From NCBI GenBank assembly GCA_029555965.1, contig JAKQHY010000129.1, forward strand, positions 1,375-65,374: DNA of 64,000 nt, given 5' to 3'. The position numbers and the translations under genes were made by a program. Source of the stretch: Chloroflexota bacterium (GTDB taxonomy: Bacteria > Chloroflexota > Anaerolineae > B4-G1 > SLSP01). Positions 48,832-56,667 of the stretch are shown in pieces; positions within the stretch are counted from its first letter, which is position 1; each line of letters begins with the position of its first letter. Below the pieces are notes generated by a model. That model saw nothing but the letters and a program-made list of their open reading frames with translations, had not been told where the DNA came from and did not search any database.

Positions 48832-51220
48832 TCTGGCCTCCCGCGGCAAGCTCCATCGGCTTCTCGGCTTCGGTAAGCGCTTCCCCATAACAGGGTAGGG
48901 AAAACGTAAACATACTGCCCTCATCTACCCGACTCTGCGCCCAAATTTGCCCGCCGTGCATTTCCACGAATTCCTTGCACAGGGCCAGTCCCAAACCGGC
49001 GCCCTGTTGCGGATTGCGTCGTGCAGAGCCTTGGTTGAACCGCACAAAAATGCGTTCCAGGTCTTCCGGGGGAATTCCCACTCCGGTATCGCTCACACTC
49101 ACATACACCCAATCGTCCCGATACCAGGCGCGCAAGGTAATCCGTCCTTTGTAGGTAAACTTCGCAGCGTTATTAAGTAAATGCACCAAAACCTGGCGGA
49201 TGTGAGAGGGATCAATGCGCAACAAGGGCAGATCTTCAGGGATGTCCCGCACCAGCTCCACATCCTTACCCTGAACCAACGCGGTAGCAGTGGGCATCAC
49301 CCCGGCAACGACTTCGATAAGATGGATAGGCTGAAGTTTCAACTCCATCAACCCGGCCTGGATCTGTGAAATTGCCAGGATATCGTTGATCAGGAACAGC
49401 AGGCGCTGGCTATCCGCGTAGACGCGCTCCATATCCTGCTGCTGCAATTCCGTCAGTGGGCCATCCACCCCCTTGATCAGCAACCGCGAGAAGCCAATAA
49501 CGGTGTTCAAAGGTTCGCGCAAAGCGTGCGACATATTCGCCAAGAATCGCGCCTTGAAGGCTTCCGCCTCCTCCAAATGCTGCGTTGCCACCCGCTCCCG
49601 CTCGTAAGCCCGTGCATTTTCGACCGCAATAGCAATCTGATTGGCTAAGAGTTCCAACACCTCTAGCTCGTCGGGCTGCACCCCTTCATGCTCGGTGCTC
49701 AGGGCGGCAATCGCGCCGATGACCCGCTCCCCCATCCGCAACGGCACGGCGACCCGACTTAACGTGCGGCGATACCAATCTACTTCTTCGTGAGTTTCCT
49801 GGTGCTCTACCTGGGAAACGCGCTTGCGAATGGCCCGTTCGACGGTGGAGCCGTCGCCTGGGTATACATAATCGGCCCAGCCCCCGATTTCTCCCTCCGC
49901 GCTAGGACGGGCGCCCCGCACGTCTGGGCTGAGCGCATTCAGCGCTGCCGCGCCCCCTCCGGGTTCCACCATATAGATAGCAACCGACGCATACATAAAA
50001 CTGTCACGAATCAGATCGGCCATCTGCATAAACAACAAATCCGGATCGCGCACTGAGGTGATCGCCTGACTCACCTCCTGGCTGGCCTGCAAATGGAGCG
50101 CGCGCCGCTGAATCTGATAGTTCGCCCGTTGCAACATTCGTGTGCGATCGACTACCTTCGCTTCCAGGTCCGCATACAGCGATTTCAGTTGCGCGGCCAT
50201 ATCATTAAACACGTAGGTCAGGATGCCGATTTCATCACGCGATGTGACCGCCAGATGTTGATCCAGCTCCCCTTCTGCCATCGCCAGCGCGGATTCCGTC
50301 AAGCGAATCACGGGCAGGGTGATCTGCCGGATCACTACCGCGGCAATCGCAGTAGTGACCAACGCAACGGCCAACACCAGGGCGATGAATGTTGCCGCGA
50401 TCAACTCGACCGACTCCAACGTCTGCGATTGAGGCTGCTCTACCAAAATACCCACGTCCGCATTCGGCAGAGGGTAGTATGCTCCCGTCACCGCAATAGC
50501 AACGTTGTTGACATACGTGCCGCTGCCCGGCTGGCCGCCTGGCGTCCAACCATTCATCGGCTGCGAACACGGCGTCGTCGTGCTCGGCCAGAGACACATC
50601 TTGTGAATCAAATAGACCCGAGTGGTGCCATCGGACACGCCCTCGTGGTGGATCACTCGTTCGATCATGGCGCCATCCATACAAAAAAGCAGGGAGCGAT
50701 CTTGATATTCAATTGGTAAAAAAACAGTTGCACCCAAATCAGAAACGGCAAACTCCGCCGGGGAAGAAAACAAGTTGGCCCCTGAGATCGTGAGGCGAAA
50801 TTGATCCCAGGCCTGAGCACACTCGCCGGCGGTCCAACGGGACTGTTCCTCCGGCTGCCACACCACCACGCCAGTCAAATCGGGGATTTGCTGCGTGAGG
50901 GTCGTCCACCACTCCGTGTAATCATCGGTGTTGTCGGCCAATTTCACCGACAGCAATAACACCGATTGCAAATCGTCAAACCAACGCTCAAGTTCCTCGC
51001 CCTTGAGGGCAGCGACCGCCAATAACTTACTTTCTACTTCACGCTGCACATTCTCGCGGTTTTGCTGCACAGCGTAACTGACCGTGAGCGTCAACGGCAA
51101 AATCGTCAAAATTAGAAACGCAGTCAGCAAAGTGCGACCTAAGCCGCCGCGCATACCGGTGGTAGGGACTGGTCGGGGGACGTTCGCAGATAAACGTTCC
51201 CCGCCTATTCCGGCTCCCAT
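48824..51220 (-). CDS. dCache-HAMP-GAF sensor histidine kinase (HisKA + HATPase_c) with non-canonical H-box
   Basis: H-box FLANMSHALREPLN; N-box HLLNNAAKFT; G1 DTGVGI; F IFVRF; G2 GAGLGL. GAGGAGG SD. Confidence 0.92.
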   Translation of the reverse strand: MGAGIGGERLSANVPRPVPTTGMRGGLGRTLLTAFLILTILPLTLTVSYAVQQNRENVQREVESKLLAVAALKGEELERWFDDLQSVLLLSVKLADNTDDYTEWWTTLTQQIPDLTGVVVWQPEEQSRWTAGECAQAWDQFRLTISGANLFSSPAEFAVSDLGATVFLPIEYQDRSLLFCMDGAMIERVIHHEGVSDGTTRVYLIHKMCLWPSTTTPCSQPMNGWTPGGQPGSGTYVNNVAIAVTGAYYPLPNADVGILVEQPQSQTLESVELIAATFIALVLAVALVTTAIAAVVIRQITLPVIRLTESALAMAEGELDQHLAVTSRDEIGILTYVFNDMAAQLKSLYADLEAKVVDRTRMLQRANYQIQRRALHLQASQEVSQAITSVRDPDLLFMQMADLIRDSFMYASVAIYMVEPGGGAAALNALSPDVRGARPSAEGEIGGWADYVYPGDGSTVERAIRKRVSQVEHQETHEEVDWYRRTLSRVAVPLRMGERVIGAIAALSTEHEGVQPDELEVLELLANQIAIAVENARAYERERVATQHLEEAEAFKARFLANMSHALREPLNTVIGFSRLLIKGVDGPLTELQQQDMERVYADSQRLLFLINDILAISQIQAGLMELKLQPIHLIEVVAGVMPTATALVQGKDVELVRDIPEDLPLLRIDPSHIRQVLVHLLNNAAKFTYKGRITLRAWYRDDWVYVSVSDTGVGIPPEDLERIFVRFNQGSARRNPQQGAGLGLALCKEFVEMHGGQIWAQSRVDEGSMFTFSLPCYGEALTEAEKPMELAAGGQSE

Positions 51221-51624
51221 ACCTCCTCACCTTGCAGGACGCGGCGTATTTGTTCGGGGAATCGCTCCGGATCCAAAGGCTTGCCGATAAACCCGTTAAA
51301 TCCAGCCTGCCGCGCGCGGCTGAGGTTCTCGCGGGAGACGTGGGCCGTCACGGCCACAATCGGCACATCCGTGAAACGTTTATGCGAGCGTAATGAAGCC
51401 AACGCCTGAAACCCGTCAGCGTCCGGTAAATTCACATCCATCAACACCAGACTGACATTGCCCAGCGTCTCGGCAAACTCCAGCACTTTCCAGCCGGAAG
51501 CCTTCCACTCGCACTTTTTCACACCCAAAAAGGCCAGCAAGCGCGTCATCAAAATGAAGTTGTTGAGATTATCCTCTACAATTAGGATGACCGCATCTTT
51601 AGGGGGGGTCGGCTTCCATACCAT
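51205..51624 (-). CDS. Single-domain response regulator (receiver only)
   Basis: ILIVEDN, LVLMD(VNLP), VTA and GKP motifs are intact. Confidence 0.92.
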   Translation of the reverse strand: MVWKPTPPKDAVILIVEDNLNNFILMTRLLAFLGVKKCEWKASGWKVLEFAETLGNVSLVLMDVNLPDADGFQALASLRSHKRFTDVPIVAVTAHVSRENLSRARQAGFNGFIGKPLDPERFPEQIRRVLQGEEVWEPE

Positions 51625-51666
51625 AGCTGCAATCCTTTACATAGAATACTGAATAGCTAAAGCGCG

Positions 51667-52068
51667 CTACCCGCGCGCATCCAAAAAACGCCGGATCTGA
51701 CGCGGCAACTCGTCCACGTCAATCGGCTTGGGGATATAGCCATCGCAACCGGCCTCCAACGTCTTCTCCTTATCTCCCAACATCACGTTGGCGGTCATAG
51801 CAATAATGGGGATCTTTTTGATTTCTGGGATGGCCCGAATCTGTTTGGTCAATTCATAGCCATCCACTTCCGGCAAATTCATGTCCATCAGAATCAGATC
51901 CGGAATTTCGCGCAAAGCCAACTCAATACCCGTCCGACCATCTTCGGCCTCAATGACAACGTAATCTTCTACCAAAAGGATGCGGCGCACCAACATACGA
52001 TTGCCAGGATTGTCTTCAATATACAAGATTTTTTCACCACGACCGCTAGTTTCCTCGTCAAAGAACAT
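51667..52068 (-). CDS. Single-domain response regulator, DivK-like
   Basis: ILYIEDN, LILMDMNLPEVDG, AMTANVM and PKPID motifs. Start ATG 52068 with GGGAG SD. Confidence 0.93.
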   Translation of the reverse strand: MFFDEETSGRGEKILYIEDNPGNRMLVRRILLVEDYVVIEAEDGRTGIELALREIPDLILMDMNLPEVDGYELTKQIRAIPEIKKIPIIAMTANVMLGDKEKTLEAGCDGYIPKPIDVDELPRQIRRFLDARG

Positions 52069-52116
52069 ATTTGCTCCCTTCATGCCTTGTGTTTACGTTG
52101 TCTCGTGACTGTCTAA

Positions 52117-52125
52117 ATTATATCA
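52117..52125 (-). promoter_or_regulatory. Candidate extended -10 sigma70-type promoter (TGATATAAT) for the array operon
   Basis: Perfect TGn-TATAAT on the minus strand about 50 nt upstream of ATG 52068, in the AT-rich 52084-52316 intergenic region. Confidence 0.5.
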
Positions 52126-52250
52126 CGAAACCCCATGTGAGATAAAGTTATAGAATGAACGTTTGGTTAACGTTTGAAGAAAAAACAGGTTGGCAGCTCC
52201 CAACTTTTCAAACGAACTAAGTAGCAAGTAGTGTTAAACTAACCAATTTT

Positions 52251-52279
52251 ATTATATCCATTTTCTCCGTATAATGCAA
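52251..52279 (-). promoter_or_regulatory. Second candidate promoter (TTGCAT-17 nt-TATAAT)
   Basis: Minus-strand TATAAT at 52251-52256, with TTGCAT at 52274-52279 and a 17-nt spacer. Confidence 0.4.
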
Positions 52280-52316
52280 AAAACGGCTACAAACATTGCC
52301 AAAAAAACACATGGCT

Positions 52317-55058
52317 TCACGATGATATGTCAGAAGGCTCTAACACAACGACCCCACGTTTTCGCCGCAAACACGCCGCATACCCGATGCCCCCCCCCAC
52401 CCCCAATAAACTGAGCAAACCACCCATCGCCAACCCGTGAGGCCGATAGACAAAAGTAACCCCCCAGTTTCCCGGTCCCAACCACACCCCACGGAAGAGC
52501 AAATCCACCCGCAACGCCGATGTGAACAGCGTCGGTTCCTTCGTTGAAGGCGTCGTCCTCACTTGCCAGCCGGGATACCACGCCTCGGCCAGGGTCAACA
52601 AGCCGGAGGTAGGCGTCGTGACCTCTAGCCGCACCTCGGTAGCGCTGCGTCGGATGAGCCGAATGTCCGCCTTCCGGCCCTCCCCGACCGCCTCCATTCC
52701 GCCCTCACACCCCTGCACCACCGCGCGCGCGGCGGGATCAAAGGCCGGGGCGCGCATCACAGCCAGGGCCGCCGCATCGTCGCTCACACACGTGTAAGCC
52801 GGCGTCCAGAAGACGCGGGGCGACGCTGCCAGCGCCTCGTAAATCTTCACGTCCCCGGAATGAGCCAAGCGGAAATGCTCTGAAAGTGTCAGAGGATAGA
52901 ATGCCCCGGCCCGCTCATCCAACAGACTCGCGCCGGTCAACGTTAAACCGGGAATGGAGGCTTGCAAAGTCACACCGGTCACACGAGCAGCGGCGCCCCA
53001 TCGCACACGATACGGCGATTCGGCCACCTGAGCCGGTAGTGTTGCGGTGAGCGCGCGCCCGTCTCCCAACGTCAACGTGACGTTACCGGCGCCGGCATAC
53101 AACAGGCCCAACGCATCGGCAGTGAAATCGTCCGGCAACCATCCCAACGACAACGACGCGTCAGCATCTAGCGCCGGCTGAAATTGCCGGTCATAGAACA
53201 CATCCTCCACCCAGGCGTCGCCGGTTTTGTCGGTCATCACAAAGCGCACGTCCAACAAAGAAAGCCAGCGCGCGTCCGGGATACGCGTCAGATTCTCCCG
53301 CAACCGGCCATCCAGCGTGCCTTCGGGCAGCATCAACTGCGAGAAAGCACTGTAGTGTCGCAGCGGCAGCAAGCCGCCATCGTAGCCATCCACCGCCGGG
53401 ACGCCAAACGCCAACGCCAGGTTGGGCGACAGCACTTCGCGGTGTTTGGCCGCTACCTTGTACTGCCACAGCGCGTCCGTCGAGAGCGCCTCCCCGTAAA
53501 TGGCCGTCATATCCACCTCGTCCCCGGCGTCGAAGAGTGTCTTGGAAATGCTGAGGAAGCGTCCCGGCCACTCACTTGTTAGCGCAAACTGCGTCGCCGC
53601 CACCAAATGCGCGATCGCCGGGCGCAGGTCGGTGTAGGCGCGCGCCGCCGTTGCGTCGGCGTGTGGCAGATGAGCGGAAGAAAGCAACAGTTCGACGAAA
53701 ACCAGAAAGGTTACAATGCCCCCGATCAAATATGTCAACGGATTGAACGGATTTGAACGGATTAGGGGGAAGGTCGTCGTCTCTGGGCGAACGCCATTTT
53801 CCGTTTTAATCTGCTGAATCCGCTTAATCTGCTGACGAAAAAGAAGTTCCAACAACTCAGGCAACGCTGAAAAGCCCAGCCCGGCCAGCAGCGCCATCCC
53901 CAGCGTGTACAGCGCCAGGAAACGCGCCGGAGCGCGGAAGTGAATCAAGCCCGGTATCCCCAGACGTACCGCCGCCAGATACAGAGGGTTGTAAGCTCCC
54001 AGAGCCAGGAACACCCCTACCCCCGCCAGCACAACCAGCGCCCAGGCGGATTCATCCCGCCAACGCATCCCGCGCCACGCCCCCCACCCTGCCAACGCCA
54101 TCCCCACCAACCCCAAGTAAGCGACGCCTTCCGGCAGCAGCGGCGTGACCAGGTAGGTCGGCAACAGCGTCTCCGGCAGATCCCACGGACGGATGGAAAA
54201 CGACACCGCCTCCCGCCAGGGCAAGCCGCCGCTGCGGAGCGAAAATTGCGTCAACTCAAGGGTAGGCAACAACTGCACGGCGGCGATCAAGGGGGCCAGC
54301 GCAAAGGGAAGCAAGGACAGGAAATAGGAAATAGGAAATAGGAAATAGGGCCCGCGAGAAACGGCATAACGATTCCCTAAGCTCCAGGAACCGCAATCCA
54401 CCGCTTTCCAAACAAGGAGGCCGACGCCGGCAATAAAGGCCATTTGGGTGTGGCCGGCCAGGAGCATCAGCGCAAAGGCGACGACACTCGCCGCCGAGGG
54501 AAAGGGAACGTGAAACGTGAAGTGTGAAACGTGAAACTGTATCTTTTGCCCCGGCAGCAGCACTAATGGCAGCCAGGCCAACCCCTGCAACTGATTCAGA
54601 TGTTCGATGTGCAGGCCCAGGTAGCCGCCCCCGGCATAGAGCAGCCCTGCCAGCGCTGCGCCCCACGGCGTAGCGCCCACCCGCCGGGCCAACACACACG
54701 CCGTCACAGCCGCCAGCGCCAAGTGCAACAGCACGCTGAGATGCAAGGCACGCGTCACCCCCAACAGCGATCCGTCAGACAGCGCCCACAACGGCCAGTT
54801 AAGGGGATAAAACACGCCGATCTGCGGGTTTGCGAGCAACGGCGCCCCCGCAAACAAATCAGGAGTCCATAAAGGCAGCTTCCCGGCCAGGAACGCCCGC
54901 GCCGCCGTCATCCAATAGGGGAAAAAATACAAGTGCAAATCGCCGTCAGCCAACACCCGCCCGGCGAGCAGGCGCCGGTAGATGAGCGCGAGGCCCAATC
55001 CCATCACGACCACCGGGCCGGCCCACGCACGGAGAAAATTCCCTCGAAGATTTTTCAT
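52317..55058 (-). CDS. YfhO-family polytopic membrane protein (GT-C-type glycosyltransferase)
   Basis: GDLHLYFFPY...GKLPLWTPDLFAGAPLLANPQIGVFYP N-terminus; FRAPARF; C-terminal LTLAEAWYPGW...G.W.V.F.YRP typical of YfhO. Confidence 0.85.
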   Translation of the reverse strand: MKNLRGNFLRAWAGPVVVMGLGLALIYRRLLAGRVLADGDLHLYFFPYWMTAARAFLAGKLPLWTPDLFAGAPLLANPQIGVFYPLNWPLWALSDGSLLGVTRALHLSVLLHLALAAVTACVLARRVGATPWGAALAGLLYAGGGYLGLHIEHLNQLQGLAWLPLVLLPGQKIQFHVSHFTFHVPFPSAASVVAFALMLLAGHTQMAFIAGVGLLVWKAVDCGSWSLGNRYAVSRGPYFLFPISYFLSLLPFALAPLIAAVQLLPTLELTQFSLRSGGLPWREAVSFSIRPWDLPETLLPTYLVTPLLPEGVAYLGLVGMALAGWGAWRGMRWRDESAWALVVLAGVGVFLALGAYNPLYLAAVRLGIPGLIHFRAPARFLALYTLGMALLAGLGFSALPELLELLFRQQIKRIQQIKTENGVRPETTTFPLIRSNPFNPLTYLIGGIVTFLVFVELLLSSAHLPHADATAARAYTDLRPAIAHLVAATQFALTSEWPGRFLSISKTLFDAGDEVDMTAIYGEALSTDALWQYKVAAKHREVLSPNLALAFGVPAVDGYDGGLLPLRHYSAFSQLMLPEGTLDGRLRENLTRIPDARWLSLLDVRFVMTDKTGDAWVEDVFYDRQFQPALDADASLSLGWLPDDFTADALGLLYAGAGNVTLTLGDGRALTATLPAQVAESPYRVRWGAAARVTGVTLQASIPGLTLTGASLLDERAGAFYPLTLSEHFRLAHSGDVKIYEALAASPRVFWTPAYTCVSDDAAALAVMRAPAFDPAARAVVQGCEGGMEAVGEGRKADIRLIRRSATEVRLEVTTPTSGLLTLAEAWYPGWQVRTTPSTKEPTLFTSALRVDLLFRGVWLGPGNWGVTFVYRPHGLAMGGLLSLLGVGGGIGYAACLRRKRGVVVLEPSDISS
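53735..53835. repeat. Nonamer-based imperfect inverted-repeat element inside the yfhO-like CDS
   Basis: TCAACGGAT-TGAACGGAT-TTGAACGGATTA ... TAATCTGCTGA-ATCCGCTTA-ATCTGCTGA. Related copies at 55071-55136 and 60399-60455. Confidence 0.7.
54320..54347. repeat. Perfect heptamer tandem repeat (GGAAATA)x4 inside the CDS
   Basis: Read directly; encodes PYFLFPISYFL on the minus strand. Confidence 0.9.
54509..54536. repeat. Heptamer tandem repeat (CGTGAAA)x4, imperfect, inside the CDS
   Basis: CGTGAAA CGTGAAG TGTGAAA CGTGAAA. The same unit occurs x2 at 62229-62242. Confidence 0.85.
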
Positions 55059-55070
55059 GGCTAAACTATC

Positions 55071-55136
55071 TCAATACATTCAACAGATTGAACAGATAAA
55101 AACGGAAAAACCCGTTTCATCCATTCAATCCGTTGA
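55071..55136. repeat. Intergenic copy of the nonamer inverted-repeat element
   Basis: TCAATACAT-TCAACAGAT-TGAACAGAT-AAAAACGGAAAAACCCGTTTC-ATCCATTCA-ATCCGTTGA. Confidence 0.7.
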
Positions 55137-55140
55137 AAAG

Positions 55141-56652
55141 CTACTGCTGACAGAGGCTCAACGTTTGTCGAGCGTTGGCATCTTCTGGATCGAGCCGCAG
55201 CGCCGTCTGGATGTAAGGCTGCGCATTGTTGCACTCATCCAGATAATAATAACACAACCCCAAGGTGTAGTAGGTCTCAATAGGTGGGCCTTTCACCGTT
55301 CCGGTTTCTCCCTCCAATTCTACCCGACCATCAGGCGCCGGAAAAATCGGCGCCGTATGCACCGTAGCACGTTCTGGCGTCAACAAAGGGATAAACCAGC
55401 CCATATACACCTTGCCGGATGACGGCTGCGCCATCTGCGTCAAACGCAGTGAATACCGCCCGTTGACCACATCCAGGCGCACGTACCCCTGAAAAGGACT
55501 GTCCCCTTCGGTGTTATTAAACGTCGCCCGCAGAGGCATATCCACGTTCAACGGATGCACAAACTCCGCACGCGCCAGCACTTGAGACGAGGGCGCAGTC
55601 CCAACCTGACTCAAATCCTCTTCCGTGATCACAAAAAATACCGTTCGCCGCCGCGAACGCGCCTCCCCATAGCGGATGGCGGGCAGAAACAATTCGATGG
55701 CGCCTTCATAATTGCGCTGGTAATAGTATAAAGTCGCTAGATGCGTGGCGGCATCAGAATTGATCGGATTGAGGTCCAATGCCTGACGCAATACCGTCCG
55801 CGCATTGTCATAATCCCCCAGCAAAAGATACACCCAGCCCAGGTTATCCAGCAACAAAGCATTGTTGGGATCGATTTTGACGGCCTCTTTGTAAGCATCC
55901 CGCGCCATAGGCAAATTGCTCACCGCGCCGGCATTGCGTCCGATGGAGGTGTAGATGTATCCCAAGGGCCGAATTTCCAATGCCTTTTCATAGAATTCAA
56001 TCGCCCCGTAATAGTTACCCTGGTTTTCCAAAACGTAACCGTAATTGCGCAAAACATCCACGTTGGCGTCGTCCAATTCCATCGCGGTTGCGATAGCATC
56101 ATTCGCAGCGAACCAGTTTCCAGCATCCATATACGCTTCCGCCAAATACGCATACGCCTCCGGCAAAGTCGGATCGAGTTCCAACGCCCGCTCGCACGCC
56201 GCAATCGCCTCGTAGGGCAATCCCAACCAGTCATACGCCAGGCCAACCAAAGCCCAGGCCCGCGCGTTATCCGGCTGACGGCGCAGCGCCTCCTTCGCCA
56301 TCAACAACCCCCGCTCCGGTTGTTCCTGCAAAATCAACAGGCGCGCCAGGGTCACATAAACCTCGGTTTGATTAGGCTCCAGATCCAGCGCGTTTTGGTA
56401 ATCCGTGATGGCAGCCCTCACATCGGCCCGCCAATACGCTTCCTCAGCTTGCGCGACGTACAACAAAGGCGAAGGGGTGGCCGTCGGCGCCGGCGTTGGC
56501 GTGGCTGGCGTCACCACCTGCGCCTCGAGGCGCACCAGGATCAAATATCCGATGTAGCCGCCAATCCCCAGCAACAACATCACCGCAAACCATTGCAGCC
56601 ACGGCGTATTCCGCCGCCGCCGATACAACTCCCGCTCCGACTTTAACTGCAT
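55141..56652 (-). CDS. Membrane-anchored tetratricopeptide-repeat protein
   Basis: N-terminal TM, Pro/Thr linker (TPATPTPAPTATPSP), about 8 TPR motifs (YQNALDLEP, ERALELDPTLPEAY, QALDLNP), an inserted beta-rich segment, then a final TPR. Confidence 0.88.
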   Translation of the reverse strand: MQLKSERELYRRRRNTPWLQWFAVMLLLGIGGYIGYLILVRLEAQVVTPATPTPAPTATPSPLLYVAQAEEAYWRADVRAAITDYQNALDLEPNQTEVYVTLARLLILQEQPERGLLMAKEALRRQPDNARAWALVGLAYDWLGLPYEAIAACERALELDPTLPEAYAYLAEAYMDAGNWFAANDAIATAMELDDANVDVLRNYGYVLENQGNYYGAIEFYEKALEIRPLGYIYTSIGRNAGAVSNLPMARDAYKEAVKIDPNNALLLDNLGWVYLLLGDYDNARTVLRQALDLNPINSDAATHLATLYYYQRNYEGAIELFLPAIRYGEARSRRRTVFFVITEEDLSQVGTAPSSQVLARAEFVHPLNVDMPLRATFNNTEGDSPFQGYVRLDVVNGRYSLRLTQMAQPSSGKVYMGWFIPLLTPERATVHTAPIFPAPDGRVELEGETGTVKGPPIETYYTLGLCYYYLDECNNAQPYIQTALRLDPEDANARQTLSLCQQ

Positions 56653-56667
56653 CCTGCCACACCCCGT

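Noticed and set aside
54982-55422. Plus-strand 146-aa ORF spanning the yfhO/TPR junction
   Set aside because: It overlaps two real genes in antisense, and its distinctive segment is just the translated nonamer repeat.
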